A stretch of 64,000 nucleotides of DNA from Bdellovibrio sp. GTDB lineage: Bacteria; Bdellovibrionota; Bdellovibrionia; Bdellovibrionales; Bdellovibrionaceae. How positions within the stretch are numbered: the first letter of the stretch is position 1; each line of letters starts with the position of its first letter. Below the pieces are notes generated by a model, which saw nothing but the letters and a program-made list of their open reading frames with translations, ran no database searches and had not been told where the DNA came from. The stretch is from NCBI GenBank assembly GCA_036676395.1, contig JAKFCY010000002.1, positions 256,001-320,000 of the forward strand, written 5' to 3'. Below, in pieces: positions 36,188 through 45,988 of the stretch. A program made the position numbers and the translations under genes.

Positions 36188-37864
36188 TTATAGTACAAAA
36201 GCCGGATCGATAAAAATCAATGGGTGATACCAAACTTTATTGGGCTGATATAAACCCCACATGTTTTCTAAAGCCAGATTCCAAATCGCGATTTTAATTT
36301 CTTCAAAATATTTTTTACGACTTAACTCATAAGTTAGCTTTGCTTTTTCAGAGCTTAAATCAAATAGACTTGCGTGTTTAAACTTTAAATAATCGACGAA
36401 TAAACTATCATGACAAGATTTTAGCTGTGAAAGGCTTGTCGGTGGTTTGCTGATCAGATTTAAACACCCCGAATAGGCCATATCCAGTTTTGTCAGATCT
36501 AATTTATCGATTTGTTTATTTTTAAGCTGTTGATTTAACCAGTACAGATAAAGCGGATGGTTTTCAGAAATTTTTAACGAGAAAAATTCAGCAGCAGGTA
36601 AAGTGTTTTTTAAATAATCCCGGGCGATCACCGAGCCATTATCTTCAATGGGAGTAATGCTTGTCATAAATAAACGACGAATGCTTGGAATATCCTGCTC
36701 CGCATTTTTTTTGTTATTAAGGTTAACAACTTCAAAGCGATCGGTCGCTAAATTAAAAATTTCGGTTTCATCTTTGCGATCTATAACTAATAATGTCGGG
36801 CTGATAATCGCAAAGTTCAATTGTAGGGGTGATTTGATCCATGTATTAGAGGCTTCAACCAACAGCTGGCGAGTGCCGGCGATGCTGTCAGAGGCTTCAC
36901 TGTAAAATTGACTGAGGTTCAACACTGGAAATCCATCAAGTGTTGAGGGTTCGTCTGACGCGAAGAAATTCTTAAGAGTATACCCTATGTCGGCCAGACT
37001 TATAGGAATGTCGTTCTTCCACGAAATGCCTTCATCGCCTTGCATGCGTGGAGGTTTGATTAAAAGTGACACAAGCGTATTTTCAGAGTGTAAATTTAAA
37101 AAAGCAGTTTCATTTAGGCGGTTATAATTATTGCTGCCGCGCAAACCGACAACGTAAACGTAAGTTTTATCCCAAATGCCGCGATCTTTTAGTTCAGTGA
37201 TAAAGTTAAAGAGTTTTTCGTCTAATCTTTCAAGGTTAGTCGATGTTGTATCAAGCTCATTTAAAGCCTCGATTTCAGAATTGGTAATCACCGCAAAAAA
37301 GGGAGTCGAGTCTTCTTGTTGCCAATCTAAAAAGCTTTCTGAAGTGGTTTTGAAATCTTTGATAATTTGGTTTGAATATTGAGCGGCTGCTGAATCATCG
37401 AAGGTATCAAAGTATTTCGATAAGCCAGTCTTTTTAAGTACATGCGGGTTGCCAGCGAAAAACCCAGTGCGATAACCTTTGTGGTATGCAGCCTCTTGTG
37501 CGGTTTTAACTTGCGAGTTTAATTGATCAAAACTGCGATGCACGCCGTGAACCAGCGGATACTGGCCAGTTAATATTGATCCCATCGCGGCAGCAGGTTG
37601 TAAGGATGTGGTGTAAGCATGAGTAAAGCGCATGAACTCTTTACAAATCAGAGCGATACCCGAATTGTCGTCGTTTTTTTCTTCAGAACAGTTCAGACGT
37701 TCATTGTCGAGTTGGTCAAATGCCAGAATTAACACAGATTTTTTTGTTTCACTTTGGCAAGAGGTCTGGAAAAGAAACAACATAATAAACAAAACAGTGA
37801 CAAAAATCGGTCGTGCCCAGACTTTGGTATATTGAGTAAAATTGAGTTTTTTTGACCGGCTCAT
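36188..37864 (-). CDS. Sulfatase/alkaline-phosphatase superfamily protein (degenerate active site)
   Basis: SVLILAFD, FTHAYT...SILTGQYPLVHG, GYRTGFF, ISLADI, IFNLATDRFE. Confidence 0.75.
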   Translation of the reverse strand: MSRSKKLNFTQYTKVWARPIFVTVLFIMLFLFQTSCQSETKKSVLILAFDQLDNERLNCSEEKNDDNSGIALICKEFMRFTHAYTTSLQPAAAMGSILTGQYPLVHGVHRSFDQLNSQVKTAQEAAYHKGYRTGFFAGNPHVLKKTGLSKYFDTFDDSAAAQYSNQIIKDFKTTSESFLDWQQEDSTPFFAVITNSEIEALNELDTTSTNLERLDEKLFNFITELKDRGIWDKTYVYVVGLRGSNNYNRLNETAFLNLHSENTLVSLLIKPPRMQGDEGISWKNDIPISLADIGYTLKNFFASDEPSTLDGFPVLNLSQFYSEASDSIAGTRQLLVEASNTWIKSPLQLNFAIISPTLLVIDRKDETEIFNLATDRFEVVNLNNKKNAEQDIPSIRRLFMTSITPIEDNGSVIARDYLKNTLPAAEFFSLKISENHPLYLYWLNQQLKNKQIDKLDLTKLDMAYSGCLNLISKPPTSLSQLKSCHDSLFVDYLKFKHASLFDLSSEKAKLTYELSRKKYFEEIKIAIWNLALENMWGLYQPNKVWYHPLIFIDPAFVL

Positions 37865-37917
37865 GAACTAACATCATAATGACTAAGTAATAAATGTAAA
37901 GACTAAAGGAGCCATCC

Positions 37918-38544
37918 ATGTTCACAGAAAAAATATTCGCCGTAGCTCATTACGCAGATCAATTCGTATTATTGGTTTTAGTATTAATGAGTGTGATTTC
38001 AATCGCTATGATTTTTGAAAGATTTATGACTTTAAAAAAAGTCGCATCAGAAAGTGAACGTGTGCGTGCCCGCGTACGTATGGCTTTGCAAACGGGTTCA
38101 GTCAGTGATTATGAAGATATCGCAAAAGATCCAACTTCAATCGAAGGCCGAGCTGCAGGACAAGCGTTAAAACATTTTAAACAAAATGGTGAGCCGGGTT
38201 TTACTGAAGTATTTAACACTTTTATTTTAACTGAAAAACCAGATCTGGAAAAATTTCTTCCGGTATTGGCTACGATTGCATCGAATGCTCCGTTTATCGG
38301 GTTATTCGGTACGGTATTAGGTATCATGAAAGCATTTAATGATTTAGCAATGGCCCCAGAAGCTGGACAACAAACAGTTATGGCCGGTATCTCGGTAGCT
38401 TTAGTTGCCACAGCAGCGGGTCTATTCGTGGCGATTCCAGCCGGTATGTTTTTCAATTATTTCACGCGCAAAGTTCGTACGATTATCAACAGTGTTGAGT
38501 CGGTTAAAGAACTTGGTATCGCATACACTAAAAAAACGAAATAG
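37918..38544 (+). CDS. exbB: MotA/TolQ/ExbB proton channel protein
   Basis: LATIASNAPFIGLFGTVLGIM; ISVALVATAAGLFVAIPA. Confidence 0.88.
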   Translation: MFTEKIFAVAHYADQFVLLVLVLMSVISIAMIFERFMTLKKVASESERVRARVRMALQTGSVSDYEDIAKDPTSIEGRAAGQALKHFKQNGEPGFTEVFNTFILTEKPDLEKFLPVLATIASNAPFIGLFGTVLGIMKAFNDLAMAPEAGQQTVMAGISVALVATAAGLFVAIPAGMFFNYFTRKVRTIINSVESVKELGIAYTKKTK

Positions 38545-38551
38545 GTGAGTT

Positions 38552-38953
38552 ATGGCTTTTAAAGCTGACCAAGATGAAATTATGTCAGAAATTAACGTCG
38601 TCCCATTGGTCGACGTTATTCTGGTTGTATTGATTATTTTTATGGTGACGGCGCCAATGATTATGAAGCCGTCAATTAATGTTAACCTTCCGAAAGCAGC
38701 TTCTGGCGAAGCGACGACACCTTCAAAATTAAATATTACGATCAGCAACGATGGTAAATTAAATTTAGATGGCGAAATCGTTGAAGACGCCCAGGTGCAG
38801 GCGAAAGCTTTAGAAGAAGTCGGTAAAAATCCGGATATCCAGGCGATTATTGCGGCAGATAAAGATGTTCCGCATGGCCGTGTGGTTTCGGTTTTAGATA
38901 TCGTTAAAGGTGCGGGCGTAAAAAAATTCGCGATCAGTATCGATAAAAAATAA
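38552..38953 (+). CDS. exbD: ExbD/TolR protein
   Basis: EINVVPLVDVILVVLIIFMVTAP; ADKDVPHGRVV. Confidence 0.88.
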   Translation: MAFKADQDEIMSEINVVPLVDVILVVLIIFMVTAPMIMKPSINVNLPKAASGEATTPSKLNITISNDGKLNLDGEIVEDAQVQAKALEEVGKNPDIQAIIAADKDVPHGRVVSVLDIVKGAGVKKFAISIDKK

Positions 38954-38970
38954 TTTTGAATTAAAAATGA

Positions 38971-39009
38971 AAATAAAAAGGGTGATCGGCTAGATCACCC
39001 TTTTTATTT
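38971..39009. terminator. Bidirectional intrinsic terminator
   Basis: AAATAAAAAGGGTGATC-GGCTA-GATCACCCTTTTTATTT. Confidence 0.85.
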
Positions 39010-39026
39010 CGAATTTATTTTTTTTG

Positions 39027-39614
39027 TTAGTACCAGTATTTCACAGCGCCATTTACGGTTAATGAGTCGTTTTCCAAGTCTCCTTGTTCTTCAACAAAGT
39101 TGTACCGGGCATTTGCGCCAAGCGTGATATAGTCTTTATCCATATCACTGACTGGAATATCGAATCCAACCATTGGAGCGGCTACACCTAAAGTATCGTC
39201 TTCGTTGATAAGTGCACCGATACCTAAAGCGACCCAGCTATGTTTAATGAACGTTGTGTCACCACCGAATGCGTAACCGGCTTTAAGTAAAGCAGTATGC
39301 ACATCTTCTTCGGCATCACCTGATCCAACTTGCGAAAAACCATATTCAAGCCCTAGCGTGAAATTTTCTTTCGTAGGAACATAGCCGATATCAAGACCGA
39401 TATTAGCTTCATCATCACCATCGCTATCCTCGGGCATCACGGCACCAGCAAGAAGACCTACATGCGGTTTATATTCTGAAGTAAACATATTAGGTTTTCT
39501 CATGCTTAGGTAACCGGAATCGTCTTCGGCTGCTACAGCGGATAAACTAAAACAAGTACATGACGCTACAATAACTAATAACTTAGTAACTAAACTAGAC
39601 ATTCTATTTTTCAT
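39027..39614 (-). CDS. Small (about 8-stranded) outer-membrane beta-barrel protein
   Basis: SD AAGGAGG; signal peptide; amphipathic strands; ends GAVKYWY. Confidence 0.75.
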   Translation of the reverse strand: MKNRMSSLVTKLLVIVASCTCFSLSAVAAEDDSGYLSMRKPNMFTSEYKPHVGLLAGAVMPEDSDGDDEANIGLDIGYVPTKENFTLGLEYGFSQVGSGDAEEDVHTALLKAGYAFGGDTTFIKHSWVALGIGALINEDDTLGVAAPMVGFDIPVSDMDKDYITLGANARYNFVEEQGDLENDSLTVNGAVKYWY

Positions 39615-39759
39615 AAACTCCTCCTTGTAGTTAACCCACTTATAATGAGCAAATCGAAGTACCGAGTCATTTGTCCCAGATTGGGCCGTTTTTATTCTAA
39701 TTTTGTTTTATATTGAGACACTGTGACGACATATGCCGAGAACTATTCCTCAATTGCGT

Positions 39760-39786
39760 TCAATTTCACCAGACCAAATCCGATAA
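39760..39786 (+). promoter_or_regulatory. Sigma28 (FliA)-type promoter
   Basis: TCAA-N15-TCCGATAA, ending 6 nt before the GTG at 39793. Confidence 0.6.
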
Positions 39787-39792
39787 GAACAT

Positions 39793-40317
39793 GTGATCAA
39801 AAACTTACGACGCCGACACAAAAGTATAATCATAGCTGTGCTGTGCTTGATGGTAACATCAGGTGTAAGCGGTTATTATATTTTTAAGCCTGCGCCACGC
39901 CTGCAAAACTTTTCGGGCCGTTCACCGGCCTCGATTCAGCCGCTCGAAGCTGTTCAGGATGAGCCCGCATTTTTTGCTGGGGATGAAATTAAAAAACCAA
40001 CTCCGTTTGAAACAACGTTGGCCTTAGATTGCCAAGAGCTGTTTGCTGAGAATTCTAAAATCAGTTCAGCGAGTGTTTCTTCAGGTCATGTTATTTTAAA
40101 ACTCTCACACTGCGCGAAACAAATCGATTCAGTGAAAAATATTGAGCTGATTAACAAAACGAATGGCTATAATGCGCAATTATTTAAGCTGAGTAAGACG
40201 CAGTTTAATTCAGATTTTATTCAATTGGATAAAGGGGATAATCACCTCGAATTCGAAATCAGCCTAAACGACGGGCAAAAAAAACTGCAAATATTTAAAA
40301 TTCAGCGAATTCAATAG
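39793..40317 (+). CDS. Membrane-anchored hypothetical protein with RSPAS motif
   Basis: N-terminal TM, GRSPAS, beta-rich C-terminal domain. Confidence 0.6.
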   Translation: MIKNLRRRHKSIIIAVLCLMVTSGVSGYYIFKPAPRLQNFSGRSPASIQPLEAVQDEPAFFAGDEIKKPTPFETTLALDCQELFAENSKISSASVSSGHVILKLSHCAKQIDSVKNIELINKTNGYNAQLFKLSKTQFNSDFIQLDKGDNHLEFEISLNDGQKKLQIFKIQRIQ

Positions 40318-40383
40318 GCTAAATAGCCGATTTGACCGCTTTTTGGGTGACAGGAACGCTGGCTTTACATAATTTTATGCGGC

Positions 40384-41061
40384 GTGAATGACACTCAAGG
40401 TTCTCAAAATTTAAACAGTCTGGCTGGCGATTTAAAAAAGCGCTCCGATGTTCATATTGCCCGTAAAATCTGGCATATGACCGGTGTAAGTATTTTCTTT
40501 ATTGGCTGGTCGCTCTTACCTCATTGGTTAAGCATGAGTTTATTGATTCTAGGTTGGTTCGCATTCGTGCCGCCAGATTTAATTCGTTTATATAACCCAA
40601 ATTTAAATCGTATTCTAACCCGTTGGTTTCGTCCCATCATGCGTAAGAACGAACTCGATCGTCCGGCGGGAACAACTTACTTACTGACCGGTGTTATTTT
40701 TATCGGGTTTATTTTTCCACCAGAAATCGTAGGCTTAAGCTTATTGTTTTTAGCGTTTGCTGACCCAATTGCAAGTTATATAGGAATCCGTTATGGCAAA
40801 GATAAAATATTTGGCCATAAATCAGTGCAGGGATTTCTGGCTGCGTTTGTCGTTTGTTTTTTAGCGACATTTATTTACTTATACTTAAAAAATATCAGTG
40901 ATTATATTTTGATCGTAAGTCTTATTGCAGGCCTAATCGGCGCTTTAGCTGAGTTAGTGCCGATTGCAAAAATTGATGATAATTTTACGATGCCAGTATT
41001 AAGCAGCGTCGGTTTGTACTTTATTTTTACTTTTTTTAATATTTTCCAGCACTTAAAATAA
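40384..41061 (+). CDS. CTP-dependent diacylglycerol/polyprenol (dolichol/phytol) kinase family protein
   Basis: RKIWH, ADPIASYIG..YG, KSVQG, IDDNFTMP. Confidence 0.85.
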   Translation: MNDTQGSQNLNSLAGDLKKRSDVHIARKIWHMTGVSIFFIGWSLLPHWLSMSLLILGWFAFVPPDLIRLYNPNLNRILTRWFRPIMRKNELDRPAGTTYLLTGVIFIGFIFPPEIVGLSLLFLAFADPIASYIGIRYGKDKIFGHKSVQGFLAAFVVCFLATFIYLYLKNISDYILIVSLIAGLIGALAELVPIAKIDDNFTMPVLSSVGLYFIFTFFNIFQHLK

Positions 41062-41077
41062 CAACATAGGATTTATT

Positions 41078-41896
41078 ATGGTTGATCAATTCGATGAACT
41101 TGAAGAAAAAACAACATCTGGCAAACGCTTGGGCATGTATGTTTACATTTTGCCAAATCTTGTAACGATTGGAAATTTATTCTGCGGCTTTTTTTCAATT
41201 ATCAAAACTTTTGAAAAAGACTATAAAGTGGCAGCGATTGCAATCGTGATTGCTGCGATTTTTGACCAGTTAGATGGCCGTCTTGCAAGGTTAACTCGTG
41301 CAACTTCTCAGTTCGGTGCTGAACTTGATTCATTATGTGATGCGGTCAGCTTTGGTGTGGCACCCGGAATGTTAATGTATTTCTGGGCCTTGCAGCCATT
41401 CGGACGTTTAGGTTACATGGCGGGCTTTTTATTTGCAGCTTGCGGGGTTTTACGTTTAGCGCGCTTCAATGTTCAAGTTGGAGTGGTCGAGAAAAACTAC
41501 TTTCAAGGCTTACCAATTCCAATGGCAGGCGGAATTATCGCATCTGCAGTTCTAGCTTTTGAAGATATGGGTTGGGTTGCAGAAGGTAATGTCGGTTTAC
41601 TAGTTGTAACAATGTTATTAGCATTCGTGATGGTTTCAAATTTTAGATATCGTTCATTTAAAGATATTGATTTAAAACAACGTCTGCCATTTAAATATTT
41701 AATTGCCGGCGTGATAGTTTTATTTGTTGTGGCACTTCGTCCTGAGATGATGCTGTTTGTCTTGTTCTTTGGTTACGCAGCATTGGGTGCTGTTTTCGGA
41801 GTTTTTCGTTGGGGTAAGAACCGCAAACAATTACCAGCCAGCGTTTACGCTCCGGCACAAACGAACGAAAAAGATTTACAAGAAGAGGTCGACTAA
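41078..41896 (+). CDS. pssA: CDP-diacylglycerol--serine O-phosphatidyltransferase
   Basis: DQLDGRLAR...GAELDSLCDAVSFGVAP; LRLARFN; FQGLPIP. Confidence 0.92.
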   Translation: MVDQFDELEEKTTSGKRLGMYVYILPNLVTIGNLFCGFFSIIKTFEKDYKVAAIAIVIAAIFDQLDGRLARLTRATSQFGAELDSLCDAVSFGVAPGMLMYFWALQPFGRLGYMAGFLFAACGVLRLARFNVQVGVVEKNYFQGLPIPMAGGIIASAVLAFEDMGWVAEGNVGLLVVTMLLAFVMVSNFRYRSFKDIDLKQRLPFKYLIAGVIVLFVVALRPEMMLFVLFFGYAALGAVFGVFRWGKNRKQLPASVYAPAQTNEKDLQEEVD

Positions 41897-42900
41897 TGAA
41901 ACCTTGGAAAAAGGCTTTAAAAGTTGGTTTAGTTGGAGCTACTGGCGTTGTCGGTGAAACTTTCATTAACATGTTAGAAGAATACGCCTTACCGATCGAA
42001 GAACTGCGTCCGTTTGCTTCACAAAATTCATTGGGCATCAAGCTTGAGCTAGCAGGTAAAGAGTGGGCTTGTCAGGTTTTAAAACAAGGCTGTTTTGATG
42101 GCCTTGATATGGTGTTCTTTTCTTCAGGTGATGACATTTCAAAAGAATGGGCGCCTCACGCTGTAAAAGCTGGAGCATTCGCGATTGATAATTCAAACGC
42201 GTTTCGTATGGATGAAGGCATTAATCTTGTTGTTCCAGAAGTAAATGGCAATTTGCTTGATCAAAATTCTAAACCACAAATTATCGCTAATCCAAATTGT
42301 TCAACAATTCAGTTAGTTGTAGCCCTTAAACCATTACAAGATAAATTCGGTATCACTGATGTAACAGTTTCTAGTTACCAGGCGGTGAGTGGTGCAGGTC
42401 TTCCGGGTTTTGATGAATTACTTGATCAAACTAAAAATTTTCAAACTCCTGATCACGAACCAAAGATTTTTCCTAAACAAATTCTTTTTAACTGTATTCC
42501 GCAAATTGGGGGCTTCGGCGCAGATGGTTTCTGCACTGAAGAAACTAAGATCATGAATGAAACTGTTAAAATCATGGGTGATAAAGACATTAAAGTGTCG
42601 GCATTTACGGTGCGTATTCCGGCTTTGAATTCTCATTCTGAAGCCGTGTGGGTGACTTTAAAAAAATCAGCGACAAAAGACGAAGTGGTCAACGCTTTAG
42701 GTTCTTTTGAAGGTTTAGCAGTGATGCAAGATGATTACCCGACTGCATTAGACGTTTCTGGAGAAGAACCGGTTTTTGTTGGGCGTATTCACCAAGACCG
42801 CCACAATCCAAATCGTTGGTTAATGTGGGTTGTTTCAGACAATCTTAAAAAAGGTGCGGCGTTAAACGGCTTACAAATCGCAGAACGCATTTTTTCCTAG
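41896..42900 (+). CDS. asd: Aspartate-semialdehyde dehydrogenase
   Basis: GATGVVG, IANPNCSTIQ, SYQAVSGAG, DNLKKGAALN. Confidence 0.95.
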   Translation: MKPWKKALKVGLVGATGVVGETFINMLEEYALPIEELRPFASQNSLGIKLELAGKEWACQVLKQGCFDGLDMVFFSSGDDISKEWAPHAVKAGAFAIDNSNAFRMDEGINLVVPEVNGNLLDQNSKPQIIANPNCSTIQLVVALKPLQDKFGITDVTVSSYQAVSGAGLPGFDELLDQTKNFQTPDHEPKIFPKQILFNCIPQIGGFGADGFCTEETKIMNETVKIMGDKDIKVSAFTVRIPALNSHSEAVWVTLKKSATKDEVVNALGSFEGLAVMQDDYPTALDVSGEEPVFVGRIHQDRHNPNRWLMWVVSDNLKKGAALNGLQIAERIFS

Positions 42901-42933
42901 CAAAGCCTAGTCTCCTATGCTGCAATATTTAAA

Positions 42934-45123
42934 GTGATGTTGCAGCGTAGTTTAATCCTTACATTTTTCTTATTAGTTCAAAATTTGCACGCAGCAACTT
43001 TTGAGATCATCAATGCAACGGGCGGAAGTTACACTGAAACCGATAGCAGTGGTAACGTCACTTTGTACGGCGGCTTAGCCGGAACTTGCGCAAGCCCTTC
43101 ATCAACATCAACTTGTAATACTTGTACAGACACCTCAGTGCCGCCAGTAGCCTGTAACCCGACGGCTATTAATGGCACTTTAAATATTGGCATTACCGTT
43201 CGCACTGGCACAGCGATTCCAGTTGCGGGAGCTAAAGTTCGTGTTTACACCGAAACTTCTAGTGCTAACCGCGTTCAGATTGGTCTTGATGGCACAATTC
43301 CGGCGACAGCAGCAAGTTCGACGGTAACGATTCCTGTGACTTTTAACTGGGGCAACATTTGCCAAAATGACTCTCGCTTTTCAAATACAACTTGTGTGGT
43401 GGCTTCGCCAGGTCCAAGTAATGGAACTGCTTTTGAAACTGCTCGAAAAATTGTGATCGGTATCGACGAAAATGGTGATGGCGATATCGATGAAGATGAT
43501 GAAATTGAAACAATGCCTGTGAAATATCATTATCTTGATTCGACTCAAGCGTCGGTTTCACAGCAATCAGTATGTACTGCGACAGATAATTCAAAGTTAG
43601 GCGCTTGCGGATTTGCATTAGATGTTGGCGGCGACGAAAAACTATTTATGCGTGATGTGATTTTATCTTCATCAACGCCTTTAGTTCCTGCCGATGCGCC
43701 TGAGTGGTACGGGGTTGCGTTCTTTTATCAAGATCAAACAGGCCAGGCTTTAACTCCAGGCAACGTTTCAACCGGTACAAATCCACCGATCATTAAAACT
43801 TACGATACAACTGATTATAGTATCGATGCGACGTTAAACGGTTTTACCAATTACCACGATTATTGTTTAATCATGGGTAATATTAATAAGTCTCAAAATA
43901 TTTTTTATTTAACCACTGGTGGAGTTTCCGCGGATAACTGCGGAACTCCTTCAGAGGTCGTAGGTCTGTTAGATGATAAAAGCTGTTTCATTTCAACAGC
44001 AGCTTTTGGTTCAGACATGGCGTTAGAGGTTGAAACGTTTAGACAATTTCGTAATCATTATTTGATTCCGTATGATTTTGGCCGTGATTTTATCAAAGCG
44101 TATTATGAATTTAGTCCACCAGCGGCTAATTTTATTGCCCAGTCTGAAGTGTTAAGGTTTGCGGCTCGCGTACTGCTGTATCCTTTTTATTTTTTTTCGG
44201 TGTTAAGTCTTAAATTCGGCTTTTTATTCGCTCTATTGTCAGTGGTGATGACTTTACTGTTTGTTCGTCAATTGAAATTATTTATGCAGATCTGGAAAAG
44301 TTTTGGTTTAAGTAACCGTTCACGCTTAAAAATCTGGATTCTTTTATTTTCATTAGCGTTTATTGCGCAATCACGTTCATACGCACAGATTTTTCCTAAC
44401 GAAAAAAAGGTGCAAAAGCCAGGTGCCGAAGCGGATGGCTTGGTTAAAATTGATAAAGACGGCGTTTATATCTATAAGCCTGAGCTGCAAAATGCAAAAC
44501 ACTCAAGTCATGTGCGTTTCGGCATGGTTTCAAATCCAGATGTTGAGTCTGAAATCTGCGATGAAAATGATTCAAACTGCCAGACGATTTCTTTTGATGA
44601 TATCTACAGTGGTGCTTCAGGAGTGGGTTTTGAATATGTGTATGAGTACTTCTTTTTTACTGATAGCGGGACTAACTTCGGTAAACTAGGCGGCCAACTT
44701 GGTATTTCAGCAAGTTATGCCCAGGGCCAAGGGCGCTTAGTTTCAAATTTAAATGCTGAATCTGTCGAATCATTTACTTTTTTAACGGTTCCGATGTTTG
44801 CCGGTGCTGTTTATCGTTTTGAATATCGCGATCGCCAAGTTTTGGTTCCGTATGCAGGCGGCGGCGGTGTTTACACGGTCTTAGCCGAAAAGCGTGAGGA
44901 TCGTTCAGACATTAAAGGGATCGGTGCTCCGGGCTTTTATGCGATTGGGGGCGGTTTACTAAATATCTCGGCCTTAGATCGTGATTTAGGGGCAGATTTC
45001 GAAGCGGAATATGATATTAAAAATTTATGGTTAAGTGCTGAATTCAAATTTATCAGCGTTAGCTCTGAAGCTTTTTCATTAGAAAATGGCTACGTCCAGG
45101 CCGGAATGGGTTTTGACTTCTAG
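42934..45123 (+). CDS. Cys-rich exported protein with internal CFI-box domain fused to a C-terminal OM beta-barrel
   Basis: Signal peptide; SCFISTAAFGS...FRQFRN...GRDFIKAYYEFSPP; TM segment; second signal-like segment; barrel ending GMGFDF. Confidence 0.7.
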   Translation: MMLQRSLILTFFLLVQNLHAATFEIINATGGSYTETDSSGNVTLYGGLAGTCASPSSTSTCNTCTDTSVPPVACNPTAINGTLNIGITVRTGTAIPVAGAKVRVYTETSSANRVQIGLDGTIPATAASSTVTIPVTFNWGNICQNDSRFSNTTCVVASPGPSNGTAFETARKIVIGIDENGDGDIDEDDEIETMPVKYHYLDSTQASVSQQSVCTATDNSKLGACGFALDVGGDEKLFMRDVILSSSTPLVPADAPEWYGVAFFYQDQTGQALTPGNVSTGTNPPIIKTYDTTDYSIDATLNGFTNYHDYCLIMGNINKSQNIFYLTTGGVSADNCGTPSEVVGLLDDKSCFISTAAFGSDMALEVETFRQFRNHYLIPYDFGRDFIKAYYEFSPPAANFIAQSEVLRFAARVLLYPFYFFSVLSLKFGFLFALLSVVMTLLFVRQLKLFMQIWKSFGLSNRSRLKIWILLFSLAFIAQSRSYAQIFPNEKKVQKPGAEADGLVKIDKDGVYIYKPELQNAKHSSHVRFGMVSNPDVESEICDENDSNCQTISFDDIYSGASGVGFEYVYEYFFFTDSGTNFGKLGGQLGISASYAQGQGRLVSNLNAESVESFTFLTVPMFAGAVYRFEYRDRQVLVPYAGGGGVYTVLAEKREDRSDIKGIGAPGFYAIGGGLLNISALDRDLGADFEAEYDIKNLWLSAEFKFISVSSEAFSLENGYVQAGMGFDF

Positions 45124-45162
45124 TCGATAGACTTCGCACCACAACTATATTAAAAGTTCTTC

Positions 45163-45960
45163 ATGCCTAGAATTAAATTTATCGTAAGCTATGACGGAAC
45201 TGACTATTGTGGTTGGCAACGGCAAACGGCAACTCATGAAAACAACACCAAGCCCAGCGTTAGCCAGACGATCTCTAAAGCTTTAGAAAAAATATTTAAA
45301 CACGATATTAATTTAAATGCCTCGGGCCGAACTGATGCAGGCGTGCATGCACTTAATCAGGTTTGTCACTTCGATACAACTCGTCCAGAAGAGAAAATGA
45401 TTGGCTGGGATTTAGGTTGGGCCCTGCAATCAAAACTTCCTGAATCTATAGTTATTAAAAAAGCGTGGATCGCGCCCCCTGAATTTCACGCAACAATTTC
45501 GGCCGATAAAAAAACTTACCGCTACTTAGTCTTAAATACTCACACTCCGAGCGCGATCAATGCGCGCAACATGGGGTGGATGCGTAAGCCTATGAATTTG
45601 AATTATTTTAATGAGTGCACTAAATATATAATCGGTGAGCATGACTTCAAAAGCTTCCAATCTGTAGGCACTGTGGTGCCTCATACGGTGCGTACGGTGC
45701 ACGAAGCTAAGTGGGAATGGCGCAATGAAAAAGTTGCCCAATTTACGATCACAGGCTCGGGATTTTTAAAACAAATGGTCAGAAATATCGTGGGAACGCA
45801 ATTACTGGCATTTCGCAAGGACTGGAAGCCAGAAACTATGCAAGAAATCCTGATGGCGCAGGACCGCCGCAAAGCCGGTCCCCCAGCCGAAGCCCGGGGT
45901 CTTTATTTATTGCGAGTTTATTATCCCCAAGACCTTGACAATAGGTGCCGTCAACTTTAA
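45163..45960 (+). CDS. truA: tRNA pseudouridine(38-40) synthase
   Basis: YDGTDYCGWQ, SGRTDAGVHA, GEHDFKSF, FLKQMVRNIVG. Confidence 0.96.
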   Translation: MPRIKFIVSYDGTDYCGWQRQTATHENNTKPSVSQTISKALEKIFKHDINLNASGRTDAGVHALNQVCHFDTTRPEEKMIGWDLGWALQSKLPESIVIKKAWIAPPEFHATISADKKTYRYLVLNTHTPSAINARNMGWMRKPMNLNYFNECTKYIIGEHDFKSFQSVGTVVPHTVRTVHEAKWEWRNEKVAQFTITGSGFLKQMVRNIVGTQLLAFRKDWKPETMQEILMAQDRRKAGPPAEARGLYLLRVYYPQDLDNRCRQL

Positions 45961-45963
45961 AAC
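45935..45963 (+). promoter_or_regulatory. Sigma70 promoter for rplM-rpsI inside the truA 3' end
   Basis: TTGACA-N17-TAAAAC. Confidence 0.55.
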
Positions 45964-45988
45964 ACTCATTCTATCTTTGGAGATATAA

